From an uncultured Methanosarcinaceae archaeon (GTDB lineage Archaea; Halobacteriota; Methanosarcinia; Methanosarcinales; Methanosarcinaceae): a stretch of DNA of 64,000 nt. The notes beneath the pieces are model-generated. The model was given only the letters and a program-made list of their open reading frames with translations, had not been told where the DNA came from and did not search any database. The translations under genes and the position numbers were made by a program. The stretch spans positions 1 through 64,000 of the forward strand of contig CAVTET010000006.1 in NCBI GenBank assembly GCA_963733675.1, read 5' to 3'. Below are positions 33,589 to 44,589 of the stretch, piece after piece. Positions within the stretch are counted from its first letter, which is position 1. Every line of letters begins with the position of its first letter.

Positions 33589-33779
33589 TTACTGGAAACG
33601 GCCAGATTGTGAGACCTAATATAAACTGTATCTTTTGTACTTTAGGCTGCAGTACTTTTATTCTATCTTAATTATAAGCAATTAAGTCACTTTCTATATA
33701 GGCTTTACAAGGCACAAAATAAAAAAGGATATAATTATTGATGGTATCTATAATGTCTCACTGTATGGAAGGTATATAA

Positions 33780-33962
33780 ATGGTTTGTGGATTGGATCGT
33801 CGCTTCCTGTGTGTTGGGAAAAAGAGACTCTCCTTAGTCCAGTTGATTGTTATAGCATTGATACTATACGTCCTAGTACGGATACTTTTACCGCTTTTGT
33901 GGCTGCTCATTTTGATAGCAGCTTTGATTTTGCTACTAAAAGTAGTGATAAAACATATTTAG
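33780..33962 (+). CDS. Small hydrophobic membrane protein
   Basis: 60 aa with two hydrophobic helices and a GGAAGG SD-like sequence upstream. Confidence 0.55.
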   Translation: MVCGLDRRFLCVGKKRLSLVQLIVIALILYVLVRILLPLLWLLILIAALILLLKVVIKHI

Positions 33963-34270
33963 AGGGTTTTGATAAACTCCTAAATTCCGTTCTATTCTTA
34001 TAAATGGTATATTGCACATACAACAGGATGTTTAATTATGGATTCAAAGTGGACATCAAGAGATCTACTGACATTTAGGTATTTTTAAATTCAACCTGAT
34101 AAAATGGAAGACAAAAAAATAAGACTTAAGCACTTAAGGGCCAGAATCAAGCACAACATACTGTGGGGATAAATCATTAGTTTAGAGATTTAAATTTTTA
34201 ATCCTGTTTGTTTCCAGTTCAACCACGTAATTCCAGAGAGATAAACCAAAATTCTCAAAACCGAGATGTT

Positions 34271-34879
34271 ATGTTCGAAATAGAATATGCAAAAGCCCGG
34301 GTCAAGCTCGCGGATACAAATCTTATCTATGAACCAGCAGAAGACTCTTTTTTACTTGCCGATGTAGCCCTTAAGGAAGCAAACCAAGGAATGCGAATCC
34401 TTGAAATCGGAGCAGGTTCAGGCTTTGTATCTGCTGTACTCCTTGCCAACGTAAAGGAGATTATCCTAATTGCAACAGAAATTAATCCACATGCAGCTCT
34501 TTGTGCTAAAATAAATGGCTTGGAGTTGATCCGTACAGACCTTTTCAGAGGGATAAGATCCGAAAGCTCGGAAAATTGCTTTGACCTTATACTTTTTAAT
34601 GCACCCTACCTTCCCACTTCTAAAGAAGAAAAGGTTCCCGGGTGGTTGAACTATGCTTTTGACGGCGGTATCAATGGGAGAGAGACCCTATACCGATTTC
34701 TGGATGAAGTGAGGGGCTATACAAGGCCAGGGGGAAAGATTCTCGTACTAATATCCTCAATTACCGGGTTGGAAGCTGTTAAAAAAAAGATGAAAAATGT
34801 GGGATTCAAGACTGATATCGTAGGGAGGAAAAAGGTCTCTTTCGAAGAGTTGATGGTGGTAAGAGGGAAACTTTTGTGA
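34271..34879 (+). CDS. HemK2/MTQ2-family methyltransferase
   Basis: YEPAEDSFLL, LEIGAGSG, FNAPYLP and DGGING. Confidence 0.92.
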   Translation: MFEIEYAKARVKLADTNLIYEPAEDSFLLADVALKEANQGMRILEIGAGSGFVSAVLLANVKEIILIATEINPHAALCAKINGLELIRTDLFRGIRSESSENCFDLILFNAPYLPTSKEEKVPGWLNYAFDGGINGRETLYRFLDEVRGYTRPGGKILVLISSITGLEAVKKKMKNVGFKTDIVGRKKVSFEELMVVRGKLL

Positions 34880-35638
34880 ATCTCAAGAATACTTTGTTAC
34901 TATCTGATATTTTGAAGATAAATACAGATTTAGATTTTATTTTCTTATTTGCTCACTATTATCCATTGAAAGCTGGACTGATTTTTTAAGGTACTATCAT
35001 ATTGAAAAAATGTATGGTATTCTTGCGTACATCTGTGGAAAGCGGGTACTGTCATTATTTTTAAGAATAAAATACCATTTGATGTTTACTCTAAGGGAGT
35101 TACAATCTCGCTCTCAAGTATTTTTCACCTCAAGTTCTATATTCTATAAAATCAAATATGAAGTTCTTCGAATAAAAGGCTCAAATTACTGAAAGTATTA
35201 ATCCAATTTACTTTTTTGAACACTGATTTCATCGTTACTTTGGGTAGGAAGTCTGTTCTAGTTTGGTTTTCAAAAAAGTCTAAAAAACAGTCAATAGATT
35301 GCTACATAAAGCTAAAATGTGACTTGATTATGGATGTCAAGTTGGTCTTTTAGGCAATTCCACTGCCCAATTAATTGGTGATTCAAATTGGTAGAAGTAG
35401 TGAGCAAGTCTTGTGGTTTTGATACTCACAAAAGTTTTTATTCACTCATACTATTCTCTGAATATCCAGTGAAAAACAGTAGCAAATTTCAGTTAGCGAT
35501 GATTATGGTATCTTAGCCCTAAAAAGGGAGGTCATATAAGAAAATATGATGCTGTTGCTTGCGAGTCAACAAATGATTTTAGGCTTTCTATTTATGGTCC
35601 ATTGATAAAGAATCTATCTATTATAAATGGATACTATA

Positions 35639-36346
35639 TCAATTAATGTGATTTGTATAATTTAGGTTCCTAAATGTTATTTTAGGAAGAAAACTTATAT
35701 TTAGGTCGTGTGGATTCACACAAGTAATGACAGAAAGTATATATTTTTCATTCAAAATATAACTTGAATGGAAGACATTGCTAAGGTCAAGTTCTTTATT
35801 AAGATTGGCTAGCATACTTTTATTCGAAAACTTACTATATGCTTCTTTGAGAGTCCATACAATTAAGAGGTTATGATCATTTTCGAAATTTTTGGTTCTT
35901 AAAATTGGTTTGTACAGGTACTTCGAGATTTTTTTAGGAGAAAACAATTTTTCGAGCTCGATATCTATGCCAACTTTTATTTTAGATATCGCCAAGGAAG
36001 CAATGTTCCCAGTATATGATAGACATATATGTAGTTCTTCATGACCTCGCACATGAACCTTCCCATATTCATCTTTATATGTGCTTACGCTAGAGATGGA
36101 TTGTTCATTAAACAAGCAACATATTATATATTTTAAAACTTTCCTAGAAACTAGATACCTTTTCTTAAAATAGCTAGTTTTAAATATATCCATCTCTTCC
36201 TTTTCGGTTTCATCTAGGTGCTGAGTACTTAAAACATTATAATTATCCAGATCGACCAGCAAGATAATTATATCATTCTGTTCCCATAAATGAGGTATGT
36301 TTTTCAGAGGAATCTGAAATGGTAAATTTAAATATCTAATGAACAT
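35639..36346 (-). CDS. Sfp-type 4'-phosphopantetheinyl transferase
   Basis: YGK, ..LSYTG, VGIDIE and WTLKEAYSK motifs. Confidence 0.85.
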   Translation of the reverse strand: MFIRYLNLPFQIPLKNIPHLWEQNDIIILLVDLDNYNVLSTQHLDETEKEEMDIFKTSYFKKRYLVSRKVLKYIICCLFNEQSISSVSTYKDEYGKVHVRGHEELHICLSYTGNIASLAISKIKVGIDIELEKLFSPKKISKYLYKPILRTKNFENDHNLLIVWTLKEAYSKFSNKSMLANLNKELDLSNVFHSSYILNEKYILSVITCVNPHDLNISFLPKITFRNLNYTNHIN

Positions 36347-36679
36347 TACAACTCACAATATATTTACTACAATCAACTCGTATATAAAATCCAGTTAATA
36401 AAATTTAATAAGTTTTAAAAGCCACAGGTCTTTATTCTAGCAAAATATTTCGTGAAGCTTACGGCCTGGAAGGAATTACAAGATGAATAATTGCTGATAA
36501 TTTTTAGAGTTTTGACGACTGATTTTTCACATTTATCTGACATATCAGTTTTGAACTCCAATATAAATATCTCAAGAAATAATCCTAAAATATATAAACG
36601 ATAAAGATATAGGGTATTCGGTCCTTAGCGACTCTACATGGGAGTAATAATATATTTAGCAATCATAATCATGATATTA

Positions 36680-36773
36680 TAGAGGATTTCGAGAAACCTT
36701 CAATTTTCACAAGTCATTTTACACACCATTTATATGCACATAATGAAATTCAGAGATTTATTGAAATTTTCTA
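36680..36773. repeat. ~90-bp MITE copy
   Basis: TA-GAGGATTTCGAGAAACC...GATTTATTGAAATTTTC-TA. Confidence 0.8.
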
Positions 36774-36828
36774 TGATCTAATACAAGGCATTTATAACTC
36801 AAAATACCGTTAACTGAGGTGTACGAAA

Positions 36829-37131
36829 CTGCAGACTGCGGAAGAAAGGGTAAGAGCGAGATTGATAAAGTATCTCGGAAGGGACGAAGACGGGATACGC
36901 AAGGTTGTGCTCAATCTCTTCCTGACTGGAGACAAGTTTACCACCGGTGAAGTTTATGACTTTCTCGATAAAGGAAATTTTGAGGTAAGTTACCGTGGAG
37001 TTTCTGCCATGGTCGGGCTCATGAATACAAGGCTAGGAATCCTTAGCATAAATGTCACCGGGGATCATAACGTGTATTCCCTTAAAAGGAATTATAGAAG
37101 CATTGTCGGCTCTGTGCTTGAGAATTACTGA
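36829..37131 (+). CDS. DUF2551-like archaeal wHTH protein (probable CTG start)
   Basis: KYLGRDEDGIRK...SYRGVSAMVGLMNTRLGIL. A GAGGTG SD lies 7 nt before an in-frame CTG at 36829. Confidence 0.8.
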   Translation: MQTAEERVRARLIKYLGRDEDGIRKVVLNLFLTGDKFTTGEVYDFLDKGNFEVSYRGVSAMVGLMNTRLGILSINVTGDHNVYSLKRNYRSIVGSVLENY

Positions 37132-37709
37132 TTTTTGATATTTAAGTTTTATCGACTCCTATCGAAAAATGCCTTGTGGACAGGCTATCAGCTTTTTGCT
37201 GATAACTTCGAAAAACAGGCACTATTAATGACCAAGGATACTTGGGTATACTTTCGAGATAATTGTAATAGTAACCGAAGTCCCTAAATATTTAACTCAG
37301 GGGTAGTTCACTATAACTCAAATTGAACACATTTACATTAGCATATTTATATTACTGGTAAATTATGGATATGAATTACCAAAAAATTAAATTTAACAGC
37401 AAATTTTCCATAATAGTTGGGGTGGATAAAAGGAAAATTAATAAAGAAAACTTCAAAAGCGAAATATATCAAGCTGCTTTTTGATCAACCATTCTGTAGA
37501 TGTATATAGATATTGATTTATTTGCTCAATTGTGAAAATTTGTAGAATGTATAAGATATACTCTAGATCTCTTGAACAGAGACTCACAAACATCCATGTT
37601 AGTACTCTCGAGCGAAGCTAGAAGGACAACATACTACAAGAGCTGCAACTTTGCTAATACAATTATATAAGCCAAGGGAATATATACTTAAAAATAAAAG
37701 AGAACGAAA

Positions 37710-38204
37710 ATGACCTATTACATAGTAGATTCAGCAGTCTTTATAATGAGGAACTCTAATTTAAACAGTTCACTGATGATTACTGTCCCTTCTGTTGTGG
37801 ATGAATTAAAAAGCAGGGACTCGATGCTTTGTTATTATCTAGCAAAAGAAGGAGGTTTACGTGTTGAATGGCCAGAACCTGAGATGGTAAAAGAGATTAA
37901 GAGAAAGGCCGAGCATACCAGGGATTCAGAAGAACTCTCAAAAGCAGACCTAGAAATTCTTGCAAAAGCTCTTGAATATAGGGATAGGGGAGTACTTATT
38001 ACAGATGATTATGCAATCCAGAATGTTGCTTTGCAGCTTGGGATTAAGGTTAAACCTGTTGCCCAGAACAAAATTAAGGACATTATTATCTGGCAAAAGA
38101 AGTGTACTGGCTGCAAAAAAACTTTTGATAAGGGGGATGTCTGTACCATCTGCGGTTCTTCTCTAAAAAAAAAAAGGAAAAGGATAATAAGAGAAAAAAG
38201 TTAA
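37710..38204 (+). CDS. nob1: Nob1-like PIN endonuclease with Zn ribbon
   Basis: VDSAVFI, VVDEL, LSKADLEILA, TDDYAIQN and CTGC...CTICG. Confidence 0.9.
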   Translation: MTYYIVDSAVFIMRNSNLNSSLMITVPSVVDELKSRDSMLCYYLAKEGGLRVEWPEPEMVKEIKRKAEHTRDSEELSKADLEILAKALEYRDRGVLITDDYAIQNVALQLGIKVKPVAQNKIKDIIIWQKKCTGCKKTFDKGDVCTICGSSLKKKRKRIIREKS

Positions 38205-38387
38205 TTTTAAGCTTGAAGAAAAAGATATAAAGCTATGATCTCATACTGTCTTAATTGAAAGAATTTATACTTAAACCTAATTTTTTGAGCAGTATTCCAA
38301 GTAATGATTGTGCGTAGAATTAACTACATAACTGCAAAAATAATTTGGAAATACAGCCAGATAAAAACTTCAGGTGGTAATGGAGGC

Positions 38388-39002
38388 ATGAAAAATATAG
38401 AGGATTTAATTCAGAAAGCTTTGGAATTGCAGAGCAATGGCCTTGTAACTGGCCAGATTGCCGATGAACTCAACGTTTCTAGAGAAACCGTTACCTGGCT
38501 ATTAACTCGTTCAAAAAAAGAAGCTGCTGCCCCCGCTCCGAAAGATATTTCTGTAAACTGGAGCAGTATCGGAAAAAGCGCTGCAAGACTCCACTACATC
38601 TCGCTTGCACTCTGCGATATGGTGCATGAGACCCTGGGAAAAACAAACGCTAAAGTGGATGCGGTCGTTGGTGTCGCTGCCAGTGGTATCCCCCTAGCAA
38701 GTATGATGGCAAATGAACTGGGAGCCGATTTAGTCATCTATCATTCAAGTAAAGGACAAGACACAGTACAGCCAGGCCATAAAGGGACTATAAGTAGAAA
38801 CTTCGGTACTGTTGAAGGTAAAAACTGTGTAATCGTGGACGATGTTATCACCACTGGTTCTACTACCATGGAAGTCATTGAGCAGCTAAGAGAAATGGAT
38901 GCAAAACCAAGAGTTGTAGTGGTTCTGGTTGATAAGAAAGGTGCAGATACAATAGCTAATGTTCCGATTCAATCTCTTGTAAGAATTGTGCGCTTGGACT
39001 GA
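38388..39002 (+). CDS. gfcR: Orotate phosphoribosyltransferase-like regulator GfcR
   Basis: N-terminal HTH ([16 protein letters not shown]) plus the PRPP motif [12 protein letters not shown]. Confidence 0.85.
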   Translation: MKNIEDLIQKALELQSNGLVTGQIADELNVSRETVTWLLTRSKKEAAAPAPKDISVNWSSIGKSAARLHYISLALCDMVHETLGKTNAKVDAVVGVAASGIPLASMMANELGADLVIYHSSKGQDTVQPGHKGTISRNFGTVEGKNCVIVDDVITTGSTTMEVIEQLREMDAKPRVVVVLVDKKGADTIANVPIQSLVRIVRLD

Positions 39003-39021
39003 AGAAATAGGTTAAAAACAA

Positions 39022-39171
39022 GGTTCCGTTGCAAAAATAATATTTCTGCATTTTGACATTATAATTTTCACCTTTATGTATCATTTTCTTTATAATGAAA
39101 ATGATTAACTTTCCTAATTGTGAAGGTTTTTTCTGATTTTGCAAGAAAGCCAGATTTTTTGCAACGGAACC
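39022..39171 (-). mobile_element. 150-bp MITE with IS6 ends, copy 1
   Basis: Both ends are GGTTCCGTTGCAAAAA, identical to the TIR of the IS at 26008; no transposase. Confidence 0.95.
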
Positions 39172-39423
39172 ATAATTGCTGCCCAGGGGCTTATGACAAT
39201 GGCGATAATTCTACCTCCTACGGCATGGCCTGAGCTGCCACCTAGAACAGGTATATGAACATCATTATTACAAATGAGACTGCAGCTGATAGTGCTAACA
39301 GTGGTACCTGTTTGGACTTGAGCTATGCGGTCAGCTTCTGTCCTGCATAATACCATATCTGAATCATGATGATCCAAAACGCAATATATGTATGCGGCCT
39401 AAATATCCATCAGGAATGTGCAT
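39172..39423 (-). pseudogene. cbiM: CbiM cobalt ECF transporter 5' remnant, truncated by the MITE
   Basis: MHIPDGYLG.../IPVLGGSSGHAVGG.IIAIVISPWAAI; frameshifted. Confidence 0.85.
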
Positions 39424-39735
39424 TTTTTCTCTTCCCTAACTAATTTTAGAACCATCTCCTAAATGTAGATGCAATCTGCATAATCTGTGAAAAAATTTAT
39501 TGTGAAAAAATCAAATTCTGTTTCAAAATGTATTTCTTTAGCGTGTCACTTTTCAATTGGATAATCTTATTCTGTATCAAGAGTTTTCCTAAGAGATCAT
39601 AGAGTATGTTGCCTACACATTAGGTTACTTCATAAATTTGTACAAAAAAATGGATTTAAACAATGAGGTTAACTTATTTCCACATAAATGTTTAACCTAA
39701 ATAATTGACTGAAATACAATTTTGGCAGCAATTAT

Positions 39736-39885
39736 GGTTCCGTTGCAAAAAATCTGGCTTTCTTGCAAAATCAGAAAAAACCTTCACAATTAGGAAAGTT
39801 AATCATTTTCATTATAAAGAAAATGATACATAAAGGTGAAAATTATAATGTCAAAATGCAGAAATATTATTTTTGCAACGGAACC
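39736..39885 (+). mobile_element. 150-bp IS6 MITE, copy 2 (inverted and identical to copy 1)
   Basis: Same TIRs; reverse complement of 39022..39171. Confidence 0.95.
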
Positions 39886-40486
39886 ATAGATAATTATATA
39901 AGGAAATATACTCACTCCTCATTATTAAAATCATATTTAAATAATTATTTTGGAACCTTTATGAAATAAATATTTGATTTTTTGCAAAACATTTGTTTCA
40001 TTATTCAATTCAGGAGAAAAGTGCAGATAATATGGAGTTAATAATTCATAGATCTGGAATAACGATGTAACCTACTTTTGATAGATTATGCGAATCGATA
40101 TAGAATCTTATTACGGAAGACGCATTTTATCGGTACAATATTTTAGAAAAAATAAAAAAGATCAGGAATAAAAAATGCAAGATATAACTTTGAATTATAA
40201 GAAGAAAACAGAAGTTTGGAGCTTATTTATACATTAAGATGTATATGCTTATTTTAAATTTTGGATAAATGAATTTTCAGTTTGGAAAAATCTTTATTTA
40301 ATACTATTTACTGAACTTCACTTTTCTATATAGTATCGATTTTTGGGAATACATTTTTTAAATAATAGTATAAGAATTATAATTTTCAATTTACAATTTA
40401 GGATTTGCAATTTATATAGTAAACACATCTAAATTACATTATTTGATTGTTGTTAACATTACACATAGGTATATGGAGTAACTAAT

Positions 40487-42866
40487 ATGCGGATCGGAGT
40501 ATATATTTGCCACTGCGGACTGAATGTTGCGGGAGTTATAGACGTTGTGGCCTTGCAGGAAATGGCAACTAAACTGGAAGATGTAGTGATTGCTCGGGAA
40601 ATTCAATTTTTGTGTTCCGATTCAGGACAGGAAGGTATTATCAAGGATATAAAGGAAAACAAAATAGAGAGGGTGGTAATAGCCGCCTGTTCCCCCAGGC
40701 TCACGAAAAGACCTTCAGGCATGTAATGGAAAAGGCAGGTTTGAATCCTTATCTTATGGAAATGGTGAACATAAGGGAACAGTGTTCCTGGGTGCACGCC
40801 GGAGATCCACAGATGGCAACTCAGAAAGCCCTTGATCTAATTAGAATGGGAGTTGCAAAGGCCAGGTTTCTGAAGGAACTGAGCGCGACAAGCTCTAAAG
40901 TCAGCAGAAATGTCCTTATTATAGGTGGAGGTGTTGCCGGAATTGAGGCCGCTCTGAACCTCGCAGAGGCTGGTTTTCCTGTAACCATGGTGGAAAAGGA
41001 TTCTACAATTGGGGGTAAAATGGCCCTTATGAATGAAGTATTTCCCACAAACGATTGTTCAATCTGCGTACTTGCCCCTAAAATGACCGAAGTTCAAAAT
41101 CATCCGAACATCACTCTTTATACCTATTCCGAAATAACCGACATTTCAGGGTCTGTTGGGAAATTTCACGTAAAAATTAAACGCAAACCTAGGTTCGTGC
41201 TCGAAAAAGAATGTAAAGGTTGTGTAGATCTCTGTTCAACTGTCTGTCCTGTGGAAATCGAAAATCCTATGGACTACGGGGTAGGAAAGACCAAGGCAAT
41301 ATATATGCCAATTCCTCAAGCTGTTCCTCAGGTAGTGCTTATTGACCCTGATCATTGTGTGGGCTGTGGACTCTGTTCGCAGGCTTGTCCTGCAGATGCT
41401 GTTGATTATGAGCAAAAAACCGAGGACATTGAGTTAGAAGTCGGAGCTGTCATTGTTGCAACTGGGTATCAGCTCTTTGACGCGTCCAGGAAAAAGGAAT
41501 ACGGGTTCGGGAAGTACCCGGATGTTATAACAAATATGCAGCTTGAGCGCATGCTGAACTCTTCAGGACCTACAGGTGGAAGAGTGCTTGTGCCTTCTAC
41601 TGGCAAGCCTCCGAAAAGAGTGGCATTCATTCAGTGTGTGGGATCTAGGGACAAAACCGTTGGAAACGAATATTGTTCAAGGGTCTGCTGCATGTCAGCA
41701 CTCAAGAACGCCCAAATGATCAAGGAACGCTACCCTGATACGGATATCACAATTCATTATATAGATATCAGGGCTGGGGGGAAATGTATGAAGAATATTA
41801 TGTAAGGACTCAAGAAATGGGCGTGGACTTCATCCGCGGGAAGGTTGCCGAAATTTACGTAGGAGAAGACGGTAAGCCTGTAATCCGTTATGAAAATACC
41901 CTTGAGTGCCGGCCCGAGGAAGAGGCCTATGATCTTGTTGTGCTTTCAACAGGTTCTGAACCAAGCAAATCCGCAGAAGGCATCGGAAGGATGTTAAACC
42001 TTTCACGGCGTCAGGATAGATTCTTTGCGAGTGCACATCCTAAAATGCGTCCTGTTGATGCGCCTGTTAGTGGGGTTTTCTTGGCAGGCTGCGCATCTGG
42101 ACCCAAGGAAATTCAGGTTTCGATTGCTCAAGGCAGTGCATGTGCCTCCAAGGTTATGCAGTTGCTTGGAACAGGCGAACTTGAAGCAGATCCAATGGGA
42201 GCTCATGTTGATTCAGAGAAATGTATCGGCTGCAAGACCTGTTTAGAAGTTTGCAAGTTTGGAAAAATTAGCATTGAAGACAAAAAAGCTATAGTAGACG
42301 AGATCTCATGCCATGGTTGCGGAGATTGCAGTGCCGTTTGTCCTGTCGGGGCAATTCAGATGAGAAACTTCGAAAACGAACAGATTCTAGCCCAGGTTCG
42401 GGAGGCAACTGCGAATAAGTCCCAGAGCCCTTTTATTGTGGCATTTCTATGCAACTGGTGCAGTTATGCTTGTGCAGACCTTGCCGGGATGTCCAGGCTC
42501 AGTTATCCAACAAATATCAGAATAATCCGCACAATGTGTTCCGCAAGGGTAAGTCCGGAATTTGTGCTTGAAGCTTTCAAAGGCGGAGCAGACGGGGTAC
42601 TTGTTGCAGGTTGCAGGTTGGATGAATGCCATTACATCTACGGTAATTTTGATGCAAAGCATCGTTTGGACGTCCTGAAAGAAATTCTTACAGAAATCGG
42701 GCTTGATCCTAGAAGGCTCAGAACCCTCTGGATCTCAGCTGCAGAGGGGGAACGTTTCGCAAGCACTATAACCGAGTTTGTGGAAGAACTCAAAGAAATT
42801 GGGTCAATAGGGACTGAACTCCAGAAGGACGAATCAATATCTACATCTGAGGAAGTGGCACAGTGA
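40487..42866 (+). CDS. hdrA: Heterodisulfide reductase subunit A fused to MvhD (HdrA2-type), with two -1 frameshifts at ~40702 and ~41780
   Basis: RIGVYICHCG, ACSPR, NIREQCSWVH, GGGVAG FAD motif, FPTNDCSIC, QCVGSRD...YCSRVCC and C-terminal MvhD FLCNWCSY...MCSARV...GADGVLVAGC..ECHY. Confidence 0.93.
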
Positions 42867-44398
42867 ACGAAGAATACGACGAACAAAAGACTCACAAACG
42901 TGATGGATGCTGCAGACCCAGAAAAATCGAAACTGAAGAGCCCAAAAAAGAAAAAAATGAAAATGAAAAATCTGAAGCTTGGGGCTACAAACCCGAAGAA
43001 GTTGAAGCAGAGGAGCTTGAATCTGAGGGACTGGAATCTGTAGTGCCCGAAAACAAAGAGGATGAACACCAGGAAAAAATTACTGTCACAAATAGCATGG
43101 ACCTACAGGGTACACATTTTTGCTATAACCAGGCAACAGAAAAGTCCATAAAGACTTTGGATTACGATTACAAGCGATGCAACGGCTGCGGAATCTGCGT
43201 AGAAGTGTGCCCAACAAAAGCCCTTGAACTCGGACCAGTGCATGAAATTGCAACCGGGCTTGATGCTCCTCCGGTGATTATGGACCTAGAGAAGTGCACC
43301 TTTTGCAGGATGTGCGCAAATCTCTGCCCCGTGCATGCCATCACCTTTGATGCTGTAGGAGAGGTTCCGGATGAGAAACAATATCCAAAGTACGATGCAT
43401 ACGTTAATATAAACGAAAAATGCCTTCCATGCGCTCTCTGTGAAGGGGCTTGCCCTCAAAATGCAATCGAAGTCGAGTTTACCTTCCCGAAAAAAGAAGA
43501 AATTGCACCTTTTAAAGAAGGGGCAAAAGGAGAGATAGTAATTGACACTGATAAATGCAATTTCTGCGGAATATGTGCCCGTTTCTGTGACGCTATTATC
43601 ATGCTCGAGCGTGAGCCTACGCCTGAGAACCCTTTGCCTTTCGAACAGATTCTTGTGGATGAGGATAAATGCGACTACTGTGTACTCTGCCAGGAAATCT
43701 GTCCGGAAGAAGCAATAAAAGTCAAAGGGGAGCGTTCCGTTGAGGCCCCTAAAGTTGAAGGAAAAATTAAGGTGGACAAAGCTAAGTGTACACAATGTGG
43801 TCGGTGCAAGGTTGTCTGCCCTTATGATGCAGTAGAGCTGCAAAAACCTATGGAAGGGACACTGAACCTTATATCTGTTAACTTGGATGAATGTGACCCC
43901 CAGGGTTGTCATGGCTGCTTTAATGTCTGCCCCTCTAAACTCTGGTACGTGCCAAAGGACCCCGAAGATCTGCGAAAAATTGCTTTTGTTGAAGATTTCT
44001 GTACTTACTGTGGAGCTTGTGTAAAAGCCTGCCATCTGGCTGCTATCAAAGTGGACAGATCCGATGTTCACCACACAGATATTGCGGATACCCCCTGGGC
44101 TACCCAGTGGAGAGACGCAATTGAGTCCCTTAAAACAGGAGTTAGAAAAGGAGTTGATAGATCAGTATTCCGGAAAATCGATATACTTAAAGGCCAGAAG
44201 TTTATGGGTATAGAATACCCAAGCATTAACGAAGAGATACTTGCAGCCGTGCAGGCAAAAATAGATGCCTTAATACCAGCTCTTAAAAGTGCAAAGGTCA
44301 GAAAACTCTGGGAAACTGAATCCCCTAAAAACGTAGCTGCAGCCGTAAAAAAGAAACTAGAAGGCAGAAAACAAAAAGATTCGAAAATAAAAGTTTGA
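42863..44398 (+). CDS. Polyferredoxin (about 8 CxxCxxC-type clusters) with an acidic N-terminal extension
   Basis: Repeated CxxCxxCxxxCP motifs; GTGA overlap with hdrA. Confidence 0.92.
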   Translation: MNEEYDEQKTHKRDGCCRPRKIETEEPKKEKNENEKSEAWGYKPEEVEAEELESEGLESVVPENKEDEHQEKITVTNSMDLQGTHFCYNQATEKSIKTLDYDYKRCNGCGICVEVCPTKALELGPVHEIATGLDAPPVIMDLEKCTFCRMCANLCPVHAITFDAVGEVPDEKQYPKYDAYVNINEKCLPCALCEGACPQNAIEVEFTFPKKEEIAPFKEGAKGEIVIDTDKCNFCGICARFCDAIIMLEREPTPENPLPFEQILVDEDKCDYCVLCQEICPEEAIKVKGERSVEAPKVEGKIKVDKAKCTQCGRCKVVCPYDAVELQKPMEGTLNLISVNLDECDPQGCHGCFNVCPSKLWYVPKDPEDLRKIAFVEDFCTYCGACVKACHLAAIKVDRSDVHHTDIADTPWATQWRDAIESLKTGVRKGVDRSVFRKIDILKGQKFMGIEYPSINEEILAAVQAKIDALIPALKSAKVRKLWETESPKNVAAAVKKKLEGRKQKDSKIKV

Positions 44399-44439
44399 AG
44401 TACAGAAGCTGAAGATAAAAAAGGGATAATGCAAAATAG

Positions 44440-44589
44440 GGTTCCGTTGCAAAAAATCTGGCTTTCTTGCAAAATCCGAAAAAACCTTCACAATTAGGAA
44501 AGTTAATCATTTTCTTTCTAATGAAAATGATACATAAAGGTGAAAATTATAATATCAAAATGCAGAAATATTATTTTTGCAACGGAACC
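44440..44589 (+). mobile_element. 150-bp IS6 MITE, copy 3
   Basis: Same TIRs and same orientation as copy 2, with about 5 differences. Confidence 0.95.

Noticed and set aside
41784-42866. HdrA-MvhD fusion as a novelty
   Set aside because: This is the known HdrA2 architecture in Methanosarcina.
38956-44510. ORFs beginning MQNQKKPSQLGK or MINFPNCEG
   Set aside because: They are translations of the 150-bp MITE running into variable flanks.
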